Assembly: GCA_045568775.1 (NCBI GenBank)
Contig: JBJLAJ010000004.1
Location: 4,750-68,749 of the forward strand
Origin: Cytophagales bacterium
Lineage (GTDB): Bacteria; Bacteroidota; Bacteroidia; Cytophagales; MED-G16
Length of the DNA stretch: 64,000 nucleotides
Reading direction: 5' to 3'
In this document: piece by piece, positions 12,888 to 23,555 of the stretch
Layout of the letters: every line of letters starts with the position of its first letter
How positions within the stretch are numbered: the stretch's first letter is position 1
Made by a program: the position numbers and the translations under genes
Notes under the pieces: model-generated
Database searches by the model: none
What the model saw: only the letters and a program-made list of their open reading frames with translations
What the model was told of the DNA's origin: nothing

Positions 12888-15800
12888 ATGAAAAATAATT
12901 TATTCTATCTAATTATTTTATTTCTTCCGTTTAAGGGACTATCACAAAGTAGTTTAACTGTAGAGATTAATGGGCTAGAAGACGGTGACTCAGCTAAAGT
13001 TAAACTTACAAAGGGCGTATCAGTTCTTTTAGTTAAAAAAGCAAAAGACCCAGTAGATAAAAAATCTCAAGTCGTATTTGAAAACTTAACAGCTGGTGAG
13101 AATTGGGTAATAGCAATCGATGCGCCTGGATATGCTTATCCTACTTCGAAGGTGATATCAATTCCTTCAGTATCCTCACTAAGTATTGACGTTACAAAAT
13201 ATTCAGGAAGCACTTTTGTTTATGAGTGGCAGGATGATAGTAGTTATGTCGGGCATGCTACTCAGACATATATTAATGAGCCATTTACTTTGGTTGTCTT
13301 AGACGACACCATCAGTATTCCAATTGATTATTCTTCAATTAAATTAAGAGAGGAATATGGCATTGTCCTATCAAATGATGTCAGAGAGTGGTCAGATGAA
13401 CAATCATACAGGGTATATTCTAATATTGAAAGACTAGAAAATGCAGTTGGGAATAAATTAGATATTGTAGATTTTACTACTGGTCAGAACCTCAACTCAG
13501 TATGGTTTCTAACTAATGAAGAGATTAATAAAGATATTAAGGTTGAAACAGTTGGAGGCACAAAACATGTAACAATCTCAGAGTCTGCTCTAGTCCATGC
13601 TGAGCCTATGATTGTAAAATTAGATGGCCTCAGGGGCAAGTTTTATTCAAAGAGACTATATAAAGCGATGCTAAACTACTTTTCAGATTTTGGCACTAAA
13701 AAAGATGTTTTAGATAATTTAGCGCAAAATAGATTTGGGTTTAGGTGGATGTTACCAGATGCTGAGACAGCTAATCTAATGGGAGAACCCGCTGACAACT
13801 TTCAGGAATTCTTTGCCGAAGAAAAGATAGAGATATTATCCATGTTTGAAGAACTTCCTGATGGATTTCATGTTTTAGAATGTAATAAATTTCTTGTGCG
13901 AAGGGTTAATGGTCAATGCCATCCTACTCTTGGTTGTGACGTTCCAGCCATAGCATGGACTAGTGGTGTTATGGAATGGCTTGAGAAAGGATTTAAAGAT
14001 GTTACTTTATCTTATCTTAGAAGACTAATTCTTCATGAAAAGGCTCACTACATATGGCAATGTTATCTAGATCAAGCCACTAAAGATGCTTGGGCAGAGG
14101 TTGGAGGATGGTACGAGGACCCCTTATCTGCTACAGGTTGGAGTACCTGGAAAACAACTGAGTTTGTGTCTGCCTATGCTCATCTAAAAAATCCCAATGA
14201 GGACTTTGCTGAATCAGTTGCTTATTACATCGATAATGTAGATGCGTTAAGATCTCGGTCTATGCAGAAGTATGAGTTTATTAGGGATAGGATAATGAGC
14301 GGTACTCGTTATATTGCCCAGATCAGAGATGATTTAACTTTTACAGTATATAACTTATTTCCAGATTATTTTTATCCCGGAAAAATTATTAGTACAAAGG
14401 TTGAAGTTCTTGGTGAATCTGATGAAGACAAAACTGTTAAGTTCACAATAAAACTTAAATCTGATTCGGTACAGTTAGATGGCGCCGCAAAGGCACAAGC
14501 AAGATTTAAATCTTCTATTGGTACTTTTTATGACGTATGGCTTTATCCAAAAAACGGTGGGCTAGATTCCATTCTCACAGGTGAATTTACTATAAATAAA
14601 CACGCAAAAAGTGGGTATTGGAAACCATCACAAATTCAAGTTTGGGATAATGTTGGTAACGGAAGATTTGAAAACCTTAATACGGTTGGTGTTAAAGCAT
14701 TTGTAAATAATCCTTTGGAAGACATTGTTGCTCCTGCTTATGTGTCTTATGAGCTTGATACCATTACTGACTATTTTAATGAAGCTGGTGAAATTCCTTA
14801 TAGAGACCAAATTAATCCGTCTGATGATTCTGTAAAATATAAAGCTCTCACGCTTATGACGGAATGGTATGACGCTAGCCCTATGGGACGAGTGCTTGCT
14901 AGACTTCAGTTTAGAAATACTAGTGTATATTCAAAAGACGCTCAAATAAGTGCGCCAAATAAAAGTGAGAATGGATATGACTCAAATAAAAAATATAAGT
15001 TATACTGGGCAATTCCTGAATATTTTCCTTCTGACTACTACAGTGTGACATATATGGACGGAGAAGACATTGCTAGAAATGTTGGATCAGTCTTCATGAC
15101 TACTGACACTGCAAACTTTAATGCAAAACCTTCTGAGGGTCTGTATAAAGCACTGAGAGACAGCATTCTAATTGAAACTTCTTATCCTGATACAATAGCT
15201 CCAGTTGTTGACATAAGAGTTGGAAAAATAACCATTGATGCTGAGCCTGTAAACCCAGTTGCACCTGACGGAGAGACAAAAGTTGAAATTAATTTATTTG
15301 CAAAAGATTCAAGTAACTACTTTGGAGAGGAGGCATCAATCACAGAAATTTGGTATTGGTTAAGAGATCCTCAGGGTGTTGATCATGAGTTTAGATTTTT
15401 TCCTGATGGTGGAAACGGAAGAAGAACCTTGACTCCAGATTCTGCAGCCTATGAATGGAAACGAATCACATTAAACGCTAGACTTCCTAAGGGATCTGCA
15501 CCAGGTAAATGGGGTCTAAGTGAGATAAATATATGGGATAAGGCAGGAAATCAGAGAAGGTACAATTTTGTAGAATATATTAGATTCGATATAATTAAAT
15601 CTGATATAGTACTTAATTCACCGTTATATGCAGAAATAACTGACAAGGTTGTTAATGCTTCTAATGTAGATTCTATAAGTGCATTTATAACGTGTTCACC
15701 CTGCTCCGATTTAAAATATAATTACACAATATATAGTCTTATGGGAGGAGTTGTGAAAACAGGAGAGAAAGTAATGGGTACAGACTCTGTCTATGTCACG

Positions 15801-17174
15801 GATTTGGATGTCAGTGGTATACCAGATGGTGTAATTAAATTGACTGTACAACTTAAAGATAGCTTAGACCAATTAGTTGCAACAACAACTACAGATTATA
15901 CTAAGGATGTTATTCTACCCAACTCATACTATTTCCAAGCAAATCTCCAAAATGTTGGATCAAGTAATATAGATAGTCTTGAAATAACTATAAATACTGT
16001 AGAAGTAAATGGTGATTATGAGTTAATTATAGTAGGTGATTCAATAGTTGGAGGAAATTCCATAATTTCATTAGATGAGACTAAAGACCCAACTTACACA
16101 ACCGGTCTAGGGGGTAATCTAGGTTTAAAATCTAAGAAAATAATAAGAGGAAAAATTACAAATGAAGCTTTGAAAATAGATGACTTAAATCTAAGTGGCT
16201 TTGGTGATGGATTTATTACTTTCGATCTTATTGTGACCGATAGTGCTCTAAATGTTGGTAATGAAATTTTTAAAGATTCAATCTTTAAAAACCTTCCTGA
16301 TGCACCAGTTTCTCTTGACATTGATTCTCTAATGACAGACGAAGATATTACCTTAGATTTTGTTTTATCTGCATCTGATGCTGACGGTGATTCTCTCGAA
16401 TTTATTATTGTAAGACAGCCCAATAATGGAACAGTTAGTATTTCAGATTCTATTGCGAGTTATACACCTAATAATAATTATTATGGTCTAGACTCATTAT
16501 CATATAAGGCTAGTGATGGGTCTCTAGAAAGTGAATCATCTGAGGTTTCAATAAGCATAAACTCTATTTATGACCTCCCCTCAGTTTCATTATCTACTAA
16601 TAATTTAGACCTAATAGAGGAATCTGGTTTTTCTGAAATTGTCCTTAAAGCAGAGGGAGTAGATGCTGGCGATAAAGAAATTAGTGTAACCTTAAGTCTC
16701 ACTGGTTCCTCCTCCTCTTCAGACTTTAGTATCTCTTCAGACTCAGTCGTAATTAATGCTGGAGATACTGAAGGAAAAATAAATTTAAATGTAATAGATG
16801 ACATTGAGTTTGAACAAGAAGAAACTGTAATTATTGATATAGATTCTGTATACAACGGTTTAGAAGACAGTATCCAACAAATAATAATTACCATATTAGA
16901 GAATGATAGACCACTAGGCAATGAAAGCAAATCTATAATTTATAAGATTTACCCAAATCCAGCAAAACATCATATTATCATTGAATTAAATGACAATTAT
17001 CTTATAGAAGATATCAATGTGATTGACTTATCAGGAAGATTTACTAAAACTAATTTCTCTACTGAAAAGAATAAATCAAAAGTAGATATCTCCATGCTTA
17101 CAGAAGGAATATTTATTTTAAATATTATCACAGATAAAGGCTCTACTAATTTCAGATTCAAGATTGAGAAATAG
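12888..17174 (+). CDS. T9SS-secreted multidomain zinc metallopeptidase with Ig/cadherin-like and Calx-beta-like domains
   Basis: Signal peptide; LILHEKAH followed by FVSAYA...NEDFAESVAYY; TDED...SDADGD...YTPNNNYYGLDSLSYKASDG; DDIEFEQEETV; C-terminal KIYPNPA...GIFILNI CTD. Confidence 0.75.
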   Translation: MKNNLFYLIILFLPFKGLSQSSLTVEINGLEDGDSAKVKLTKGVSVLLVKKAKDPVDKKSQVVFENLTAGENWVIAIDAPGYAYPTSKVISIPSVSSLSIDVTKYSGSTFVYEWQDDSSYVGHATQTYINEPFTLVVLDDTISIPIDYSSIKLREEYGIVLSNDVREWSDEQSYRVYSNIERLENAVGNKLDIVDFTTGQNLNSVWFLTNEEINKDIKVETVGGTKHVTISESALVHAEPMIVKLDGLRGKFYSKRLYKAMLNYFSDFGTKKDVLDNLAQNRFGFRWMLPDAETANLMGEPADNFQEFFAEEKIEILSMFEELPDGFHVLECNKFLVRRVNGQCHPTLGCDVPAIAWTSGVMEWLEKGFKDVTLSYLRRLILHEKAHYIWQCYLDQATKDAWAEVGGWYEDPLSATGWSTWKTTEFVSAYAHLKNPNEDFAESVAYYIDNVDALRSRSMQKYEFIRDRIMSGTRYIAQIRDDLTFTVYNLFPDYFYPGKIISTKVEVLGESDEDKTVKFTIKLKSDSVQLDGAAKAQARFKSSIGTFYDVWLYPKNGGLDSILTGEFTINKHAKSGYWKPSQIQVWDNVGNGRFENLNTVGVKAFVNNPLEDIVAPAYVSYELDTITDYFNEAGEIPYRDQINPSDDSVKYKALTLMTEWYDASPMGRVLARLQFRNTSVYSKDAQISAPNKSENGYDSNKKYKLYWAIPEYFPSDYYSVTYMDGEDIARNVGSVFMTTDTANFNAKPSEGLYKALRDSILIETSYPDTIAPVVDIRVGKITIDAEPVNPVAPDGETKVEINLFAKDSSNYFGEEASITEIWYWLRDPQGVDHEFRFFPDGGNGRRTLTPDSAAYEWKRITLNARLPKGSAPGKWGLSEINIWDKAGNQRRYNFVEYIRFDIIKSDIVLNSPLYAEITDKVVNASNVDSISAFITCSPCSDLKYNYTIYSLMGGVVKTGEKVMGTDSVYVTDLDVSGIPDGVIKLTVQLKDSLDQLVATTTTDYTKDVILPNSYYFQANLQNVGSSNIDSLEITINTVEVNGDYELIIVGDSIVGGNSIISLDETKDPTYTTGLGGNLGLKSKKIIRGKITNEALKIDDLNLSGFGDGFITFDLIVTDSALNVGNEIFKDSIFKNLPDAPVSLDIDSLMTDEDITLDFVLSASDADGDSLEFIIVRQPNNGTVSISDSIASYTPNNNYYGLDSLSYKASDGSLESESSEVSISINSIYDLPSVSLSTNNLDLIEESGFSEIVLKAEGVDAGDKEISVTLSLTGSSSSSDFSISSDSVVINAGDTEGKINLNVIDDIEFEQEETVIIDIDSVYNGLEDSIQQIIITILENDRPLGNESKSIIYKIYPNPAKHHIIIELNDNYLIEDINVIDLSGRFTKTNFSTEKNKSKVDISMLTEGIFILNIITDKGSTNFRFKIEK

Positions 17175-17231
17175 AAAAATAATTAATATTAATCTTGACA
17201 TTGAGTTAATAATCTAAAACAAATTTAATTA

Positions 17232-18302
17232 TTAGAATAAGATAATTAATGTAGTAAATAAAATAAATAATCCTGCAGATACCCTTAAAGAATTTGTGCT
17301 TTTCTCAAAAAAGGGCCATGTTATCTGATTGTTTCTCTCAACAATTATAATTATAATATTAAATATCAATAGTAGAACACACATATTACTCATAACATCA
17401 GCCTTTGTAACCACTTGGATTCCAGACATTGCAGAATCAACAAAATACCTGTTACCAATAGCTCCAAATATAGCCCCAAGATTTAATGATATCCTGGACT
17501 CAAACTCTTTAGGCGGTATAAAAAATGTTAACCATGATATCAGAAATGCCATGAAAGAACCACCAAATAATTTAAGAAAAAGATAGGACCCAGATCTGTC
17601 AATTGTGATCTCATAAGATAATCGTGTGCCTACTTCTTTCCTGATAACATCAGGAGCAAACTCTGCCTCGTACGGGGTCTCAAAATAACTTACTTTAGGT
17701 TCTATTGATAAAACCTTGTACCCATCTTTTAGGTTGTCCATGTCCTCATTAAAAGTAGGCGGAAAATTCTCTGAAGGAACAAGTCTCAGAAAAGATGTGT
17801 CTCGATACGACAAAAAATTTATTTCTAAGGTCTGTACATCAAAGGGGTATTCTCTAAGATTCCACTTATGATAAAAAGTGTTTTTTATGCTGTACTCGTA
17901 GGCAAACTTTTCATATTTTTCATCGTCATCATAACCCCAATAATACCAATTTGATGACTGTTTATCCATGTCTTCTTTGAGCTCTAACTCAATATAATCA
18001 TATGGATAAAGCGGAATCACATCTTTATTTTTAGTTACAAAAACGGAGTCATAATCTGAGTAAGCACCAGCAATTATATAACTAGTAAAATAATTATTAG
18101 TTACTTCTAGATCATATATATCTGCAACATGGAGTTCAATTTCATAAGATACGGGAAAAGAGATAGAATCTTCATCGGAAAGAGGTACGTAAGGAAAATA
18201 ATCTCCTGTTCTAGAATAATCTACCTGATCTTTAGGAATAATATCTTGTGACATTACAGGGCCTGATAAAAATAAAACTATTATTAATAACACTTCTCTC
18301 AT
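17232..18302 (-). CDS. Pentameric ligand-gated ion channel (Pro-loop, GLIC/ELIC-like) homologue
   Basis: Signal peptide, beta-rich extracellular domain with WNLREYPFDVQTLEI Pro-loop, conserved pre-M1 Arg (ITIDRSGSY), four hydrophobic helices, ESRISL before M2. Confidence 0.75.
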   Translation of the reverse strand: MREVLLIIVLFLSGPVMSQDIIPKDQVDYSRTGDYFPYVPLSDEDSISFPVSYEIELHVADIYDLEVTNNYFTSYIIAGAYSDYDSVFVTKNKDVIPLYPYDYIELELKEDMDKQSSNWYYWGYDDDEKYEKFAYEYSIKNTFYHKWNLREYPFDVQTLEINFLSYRDTSFLRLVPSENFPPTFNEDMDNLKDGYKVLSIEPKVSYFETPYEAEFAPDVIRKEVGTRLSYEITIDRSGSYLFLKLFGGSFMAFLISWLTFFIPPKEFESRISLNLGAIFGAIGNRYFVDSAMSGIQVVTKADVMSNMCVLLLIFNIIIIIVERNNQITWPFFEKSTNSLRVSAGLFILFTTLIILF

Positions 18303-18379
18303 AGATCTAAGCTAAGAATAATAAGCAATAAGTACAATTATAAAATTGGATAGAAAATAATAAAGTTTGAATTTATTTA

Positions 18380-18841
18380 TTATTGTTTGACGAAATCAAA
18401 TACCCAGTTCCCATCTTTAATCCCTCCTGAAACGGTAAACGAAGTCCTTAGAGTAGTCTCAGTGACAGATAAACTAATCACAACACCATCATTCCTTATG
18501 ACTTTACTTTTATCCGAATTCTGGAAAGTCCATGAACCTGAATTAGGCCAGACCTCTGTACCACTATCTTCAGTATGACTAGTGCTGTAATTACCACCAC
18601 TTTTAGTTCCGCCAGATAAATTAAGAGTCATGGTCGTAAAGACATCTACTATACTTCCGTCCTTTGTGACAGAATTAGCGTCCTTAACCTTCCAATTTCC
18701 ATTGAGAAGATTTGCTTGTGTATCTAGTGGATCAGTTGGAGTTGGAGTTGGAGTAGATCCGTCATCATCACCACACGAGATGATTACTAATGAAAATAAT
18801 ATAGCTAAAAGATAATATTGTACGTAGTTTTTACTTTTCAT
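18380..18841 (-). CDS. Lipoprotein, lipocalin-like domain
   Basis: Lipobox IISC followed by DDD, PT linker, LLNGNWKV. Confidence 0.7.
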   Translation of the reverse strand: MKSKNYVQYYLLAILFSLVIISCGDDDGSTPTPTPTDPLDTQANLLNGNWKVKDANSVTKDGSIVDVFTTMTLNLSGGTKSGGNYSTSHTEDSGTEVWPNSGSWTFQNSDKSKVIRNDGVVISLSVTETTLRTSFTVSGGIKDGNWVFDFVKQ

Positions 18842-18872
18842 AATTCTAATTTAAATAAATAAAACTTATAAT

Positions 18873-20852
18873 TTAATAATTTAGTAAAATTTGAATTTTA
18901 TTTTCTATTCTTCCCCCTGGCATATAGTTTTCTTCTAGTTCTCTCCTAAAAGGTATAGGGGTATCTAATCCACCTACCCTAATTATCGGTCCGTCAAGAT
19001 ATTTGAAACAATTCTCTATCACCCACGCAGATATCTCAGCTCCTATACCGCCCGTGATGCTGTCCTCGTGAACAATAAGTAATTTATTAGTTTTCTCAAC
19101 AGAATTTTTAACAGATTCTTTATCCCATGGCTGTAGTGTCCTAAGGTCAATTATGTCCGCAGAATAATTTTTAAATTTTTCCATAGCATCAACCGCCCAT
19201 TGCACTCCCATCCCATACGTGACAATAGTTAAATTTTCACCTTCACTAATAAATCGCGCCTTACCAACCTCTGTAGTAAAGTAGTCATCGAATACCTTCT
19301 CCTTGTGAGATCGGTACAGGGCCTTGTGCTCAAAGAAGAGGTACGGGTTAGGGTCTTCTATTGCGGCGTTTAGTAATCCTTTAGCATCAGATGCAGAAGA
19401 AGGATAAACAATCTTTAGCCCAGGGGTATGAAAAAACCATGCCTCATTTGACTGGGAGTGAAAAGGACCAGCAGAGACACCACCTCCAGTAGGCATTCTC
19501 ACAACTACGTCTGCGTTCTGACCCCACCTGTAGTGAATCTTTGCAAGATTATTTATTATCTGGTTAAATCCACACGTTACAAAATCCGCAAATTGCATCT
19601 CTACAACAGACTTTATGCCCTCTATAGAAAGGCCTAAAGCTGTCCCGACAATTGCTGACTCACATAGAGGTGTATTTCTTACTCTTTCCCTACCAAACTC
19701 ATCTACAAATCCTTCTGTGACCTTAAACACTCCGCCGTAGTCTGAGATGTCTTGGCCCATAATCACCATGTCTTTATACTTATTCATACTCTGCCTCAGC
19801 CCATCAGATATTGCGTCCACATACCTCATCTCCGAAATTGATTTTTCTTTAGGAAACACAACATTCTGTTCAAACGGGTAAAATACATCTGAAATTTCTA
19901 ACTCCTGATCAACATGAAACTTTTGTTGGTCAAAAGATTCTTTGACAGCAGCATTAATTTCAACTTTCATTTCTTCTCTGATTTTTTTTATATCGACTTC
20001 TGTATATATTTTTTTCTTGATTAGATGTCTCTCATAATTTATAACAGGATCTTTTGCTGCCCAGTAATCCATTACCTCTTTTGGCACATATTTCGTTCCC
20101 GAGGCCTCCTCGTGTCCACGCATCCTGAACGTAAAACATTCCACTATTATTGGCCTAGGCTTTTTTCTTATATCTTCAACTTTTTCTTTTACAGTACTAA
20201 GTACTTCCAAAATATTATTTCCATCTATTGATAGTGACTCTATACCATATCCCTCTCCCCTTATCGCCAACGACTCACCCTTGAACTGCTCAGAGTTTGG
20301 AGTAGAAAGTCCATACCCATTATTTTCAATAACAAATAAGACTGGTAAGTCCCATACAGAAGCGACATTTAGTGCCTCATGAAAATCTCCTTCACTTGTA
20401 CCTCCGTCTCCAGTAAAAACTATAGTAGCGTTTTTCTCTTTTTTCATCTTCTTCGCAAGTGCAATGCCATCAGCTATTCCCATCTGAGGACCCAAGTGAG
20501 ATATCATACCAACTATGTTGTGTTTTTTTGAGCCAAAATGAAAAGATCTGTCTCTACCCTTTGTAAATCCATCAACTTTACCTTGGAACTGGTTAAATAA
20601 CTGGACCATGGATATATTTCTACAAGTGAAAACTCCTAGGTTTCTGTGCATAGGTAATATATACTCTGACGAATTTGTGGCCATTGCCACTCCTACAGAC
20701 GTAGCCTCCTGACCGATTCCTGAGAACCACTTGCTTATTCTATTTTGACGTAACAGAATCAACATCTTCTCCTCAATAAGCCTAGGCTTTAAAATTGAGA
20801 GGTAGATCTCCTTTAATTTATTGGGTGAAAAAGATTTGTCTTTAAACAACAT
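18873..20852 (-). CDS. 2-oxoacid (probably branched-chain) dehydrogenase E1, fused alpha/beta subunit
   Basis: GDGGTSEGDFHE...NN TPP motif, RMRGHEE, EMQFADF, GPFHSQ. Confidence 0.92.
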   Translation of the reverse strand: MLFKDKSFSPNKLKEIYLSILKPRLIEEKMLILLRQNRISKWFSGIGQEATSVGVAMATNSSEYILPMHRNLGVFTCRNISMVQLFNQFQGKVDGFTKGRDRSFHFGSKKHNIVGMISHLGPQMGIADGIALAKKMKKEKNATIVFTGDGGTSEGDFHEALNVASVWDLPVLFVIENNGYGLSTPNSEQFKGESLAIRGEGYGIESLSIDGNNILEVLSTVKEKVEDIRKKPRPIIVECFTFRMRGHEEASGTKYVPKEVMDYWAAKDPVINYERHLIKKKIYTEVDIKKIREEMKVEINAAVKESFDQQKFHVDQELEISDVFYPFEQNVVFPKEKSISEMRYVDAISDGLRQSMNKYKDMVIMGQDISDYGGVFKVTEGFVDEFGRERVRNTPLCESAIVGTALGLSIEGIKSVVEMQFADFVTCGFNQIINNLAKIHYRWGQNADVVVRMPTGGGVSAGPFHSQSNEAWFFHTPGLKIVYPSSASDAKGLLNAAIEDPNPYLFFEHKALYRSHKEKVFDDYFTTEVGKARFISEGENLTIVTYGMGVQWAVDAMEKFKNYSADIIDLRTLQPWDKESVKNSVEKTNKLLIVHEDSITGGIGAEISAWVIENCFKYLDGPIIRVGGLDTPIPFRRELEENYMPGGRIENKIQILLNY

Positions 20853-20948
20853 AAAGGTAATGTTGGAAACTGGGGAATCTTTACTTTACACAAAGTGAAA
20901 AGTATAGTTTAGTTTACTACGGTAAATATATATAAATTTTAAATTCTA

Positions 20949-21365
20949 CTAAGACTTTTTTGAGATTTGGTTATCAGCTGAAAATTTTCCAGGACCAAGT
21001 AAAAATATAGTGACATAAGAGGTTAAAAAGAGTAAACCCTTCTCCATCTTAGTGAATGGATCTTCCAAGTGCACATCAAATACAATTACCATGAACATAT
21101 ATATTATAGGAATAGTGAAAAGTCTTGTCCCAAGGCCAATAGCAACAAACATTGGACATATAAATTCGGTAAACACCACAAGAGCCATTGAGATTTCTTC
21201 ATTAAAAAACAAGTGCGTTCTTCCCCATATATTTCCCTCCAATAATCTCATGAACTTACCATAGCCATGAGTCATCAGAGCACCACTTACTACCACTCGA
21301 AAAAATAAAAGAGCCATATGATTATAATGGCTCTTTATTGAACATAAGAAAAATAAATTTTTCAT
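20949..21365 (-). CDS. DoxX family membrane protein
   Basis: FRVVVS..MTHGYGK, GLGTR, GPGKFSAD. Confidence 0.85.
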   Translation of the reverse strand: MKNLFFLCSIKSHYNHMALLFFRVVVSGALMTHGYGKFMRLLEGNIWGRTHLFFNEEISMALVVFTEFICPMFVAIGLGTRLFTIPIIYMFMVIVFDVHLEDPFTKMEKGLLFLTSYVTIFLLGPGKFSADNQISKKS

Positions 21366-21433
21366 TCTAAACTATAAATACGTAGAAAATTGGGTTAATG
21401 TTCATAGTATTAGAAGACAATAATTTAATTTTC

Positions 21434-21465
21434 TTGCGATATCATATACTTTAATAATAAATTTG
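21434..21465 (+). promoter_or_regulatory. Bacteroidota-type promoter for ispF
   Basis: TTG at 21434 and TAAATTTG at 21458-21465, 4 nt before the ATG. Confidence 0.5.
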
Positions 21466-21469
21466 CTTT

Positions 21470-21955
21470 ATGAATGGCTCTAATTATAGGATAGGACACG
21501 GATATGATGTCCACAAACTTGAGGAAGGTAATAAATTTATTATTGGTGGGATAGAGATAAAACACTCCAAGGGTGCTATCGGTCACTCAGACGCAGACGT
21601 AGTAATTCATGTAATATGTGACGCACTTCTAGGAGCAATGAGTTTAGGTGATATAGGGTCTCACTTCCCTGACACAGATATAAAATTCAAGGGAATAGAC
21701 AGTAAAATTCTACTTGGAAACGTTGTAGACATTATGAAAGAAAAAAAGTTTGAAGTAGTAAATATTGATGTTACAGTGATGCTAGAAAAACCAAAGCTAA
21801 GAGATTACATTGATACCATGAGAAAAACTATATCTAGTATTTTGGGATCAGACATATCCTCTATTTCAGTTAAGGCAACAACAACAGAAGGACTCGGATT
21901 CGTTGGCAGAGAAGAAGGTGTGGCAGCTCACTGCGTGTGCCTAATAAAAAAATGA
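21470..21955 (+). CDS. ispF: 2-C-methyl-D-erythritol 2,4-cyclodiphosphate synthase
   Basis: RIGHGYDVH, GHSDADV, DIGSHFPD, VKATTTEGLGF. Confidence 0.97.
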   Translation: MNGSNYRIGHGYDVHKLEEGNKFIIGGIEIKHSKGAIGHSDADVVIHVICDALLGAMSLGDIGSHFPDTDIKFKGIDSKILLGNVVDIMKEKKFEVVNIDVTVMLEKPKLRDYIDTMRKTISSILGSDISSISVKATTTEGLGFVGREEGVAAHCVCLIKK

Positions 21956-22617
21956 GTCTTAAAATCATAAACACATCAGACGGCTCTCACACTATATATA
22001 ATTCAGAACTGAATGAGACTTATCACTCCATCAACGGATCAATTAAAGAGTCCATGCATGTATATGTAGAGGAAGGATTAAACTATTTTCAAAAGAAGGC
22101 AAAAAAAGAAGTATATAAAATATTTGAAGTTGGTTTTGGGACAGGTTTAAATTTTGTACTTTCTTATCTTTTCTCAGAAGAAAAAAAAATAAATATTGAA
22201 TACCACTCTATTGAGCCATACCCTTTAACTGATGGAATTATTAAAAAATTAAACTACTTCAATACTGAATTAAAAGAAAGAGAAATTTACTTGAATTCTC
22301 ACTCACAAAAATTTAATAGTAAAATAATATATTCAGACTTCTGTAGTCTAAGAAAAGAAAAAGAAACTCTGGAGGAAATAAGAATCAATAATTCTTTTGA
22401 TATAATTTATTTCGATGCCTTTGCTCCAAGTAAACAACCAAGCATGTGGACACTGCAAAACTTAAATAAAATTTTTACCTGTATGTCAGATGGGTCAATA
22501 CTTGTGACATACTGCTCTAGTGGAAAATTTAAGAGAGACCTAAAAGAAATTGGTTTTAACGTGGAGATTATCCCTGGTCCTATAGGAAAAAAGGAGATGG
22601 TGAGAGCAACTAAATAA
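21952..22617 (+). CDS. mnmD: tRNA mnm5s2U34 methyltransferase (MnmC methyltransferase domain, MnmD-like)
   Basis: TSDGSHT, ETYHS, FEVGFGTGLN, YFDAFAP, GPIGKKEM; ATG overlaps the ispF stop (ATGA). Confidence 0.85.
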   Translation: MSLKIINTSDGSHTIYNSELNETYHSINGSIKESMHVYVEEGLNYFQKKAKKEVYKIFEVGFGTGLNFVLSYLFSEEKKINIEYHSIEPYPLTDGIIKKLNYFNTELKEREIYLNSHSQKFNSKIIYSDFCSLRKEKETLEEIRINNSFDIIYFDAFAPSKQPSMWTLQNLNKIFTCMSDGSILVTYCSSGKFKRDLKEIGFNVEIIPGPIGKKEMVRATK

Positions 22618-22619
22618 GT

Positions 22620-23555
22620 TTACCATTCCCTATTGTACAATTCTATTTTCGCTATCTCATCTTCATCAAGTGTATTTCCTAAACCATGAACCGCCGAAAC
22701 ACAAAAGAATCCAACCACTGGATAATCAGTATCGTTTGTAACAAGTAAATTTGTTGGGACATTTGATAATGAGACTGCAAATAATTCACTGAAACCACCT
22801 GGTCTATTAATTTGTATCGAAGTCTTATTAAGGAAGTCAAAAGCCTCATATGTTACTGAGTGGATCTCAACATAAAGTGAGTCCCCTTTAACAAAAGGAG
22901 AAATAAAGTTATTGTCTTCATCTGAATCAAACTTTGTCACAGCCCTTCTTATAGGAGGTATAAACGGAATGCCATCAATAACCGCACCTTCAGAAGAAGC
23001 TCCAGCATCGATACAAGTTATTATGTCCTGTAAACCAACTTGTTTCTCACCATTCTTAAAACTTTTTATCCAGTATGCGTCGCCTGGACCATCTTCTTCT
23101 CTAGACCAGAACTCGGCATAGTAAGAGCCTTCAGGGACTTGACCTCTTACAAAGTTTACACTATCTATTTTTGATGTTCTGTTGAGTCTTGACTCAGATG
23201 TAATTTGCTTTCCTTGGTAATTAATTTCCATATAATAGCTAGTACCGACAACACCAATATTTTTTTGAAGACTATCTGGAGCCCACACGTATTCACCATC
23301 ATCTCTCTCAGAGAAAATAAAAATATTCCCTAGATCATCTGAAACTTTAACAGAAGCTCCGTCCGCAGGTTCAGGTGAAGAGCTTGAGAGGTAATTCTGC
23401 GTCTTTGATAGCTTGATTATCTGCTCTTTCTCTAAATTATTTATCCAGGCATCAACTACAAGAATAGGGTCATTGATTGGAAGATCAGGAATGATTATAT
23501 CTTCACATGAGATTAATAAAATAAGAGATACAGATAAAATAATTTTTCTTATCAT
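22620..23555 (-). CDS. DUF4249-like lipoprotein
   Basis: Lipobox ISCED, LVVDAWINN, NVPTN, VGFF; directly downstream of a TonB-dependent receptor. Confidence 0.75.
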   Translation of the reverse strand: MIRKIILSVSLILLISCEDIIIPDLPINDPILVVDAWINNLEKEQIIKLSKTQNYLSSSSPEPADGASVKVSDDLGNIFIFSERDDGEYVWAPDSLQKNIGVVGTSYYMEINYQGKQITSESRLNRTSKIDSVNFVRGQVPEGSYYAEFWSREEDGPGDAYWIKSFKNGEKQVGLQDIITCIDAGASSEGAVIDGIPFIPPIRRAVTKFDSDEDNNFISPFVKGDSLYVEIHSVTYEAFDFLNKTSIQINRPGGFSELFAVSLSNVPTNLLVTNDTDYPVVGFFCVSAVHGLGNTLDEDEIAKIELYNREW

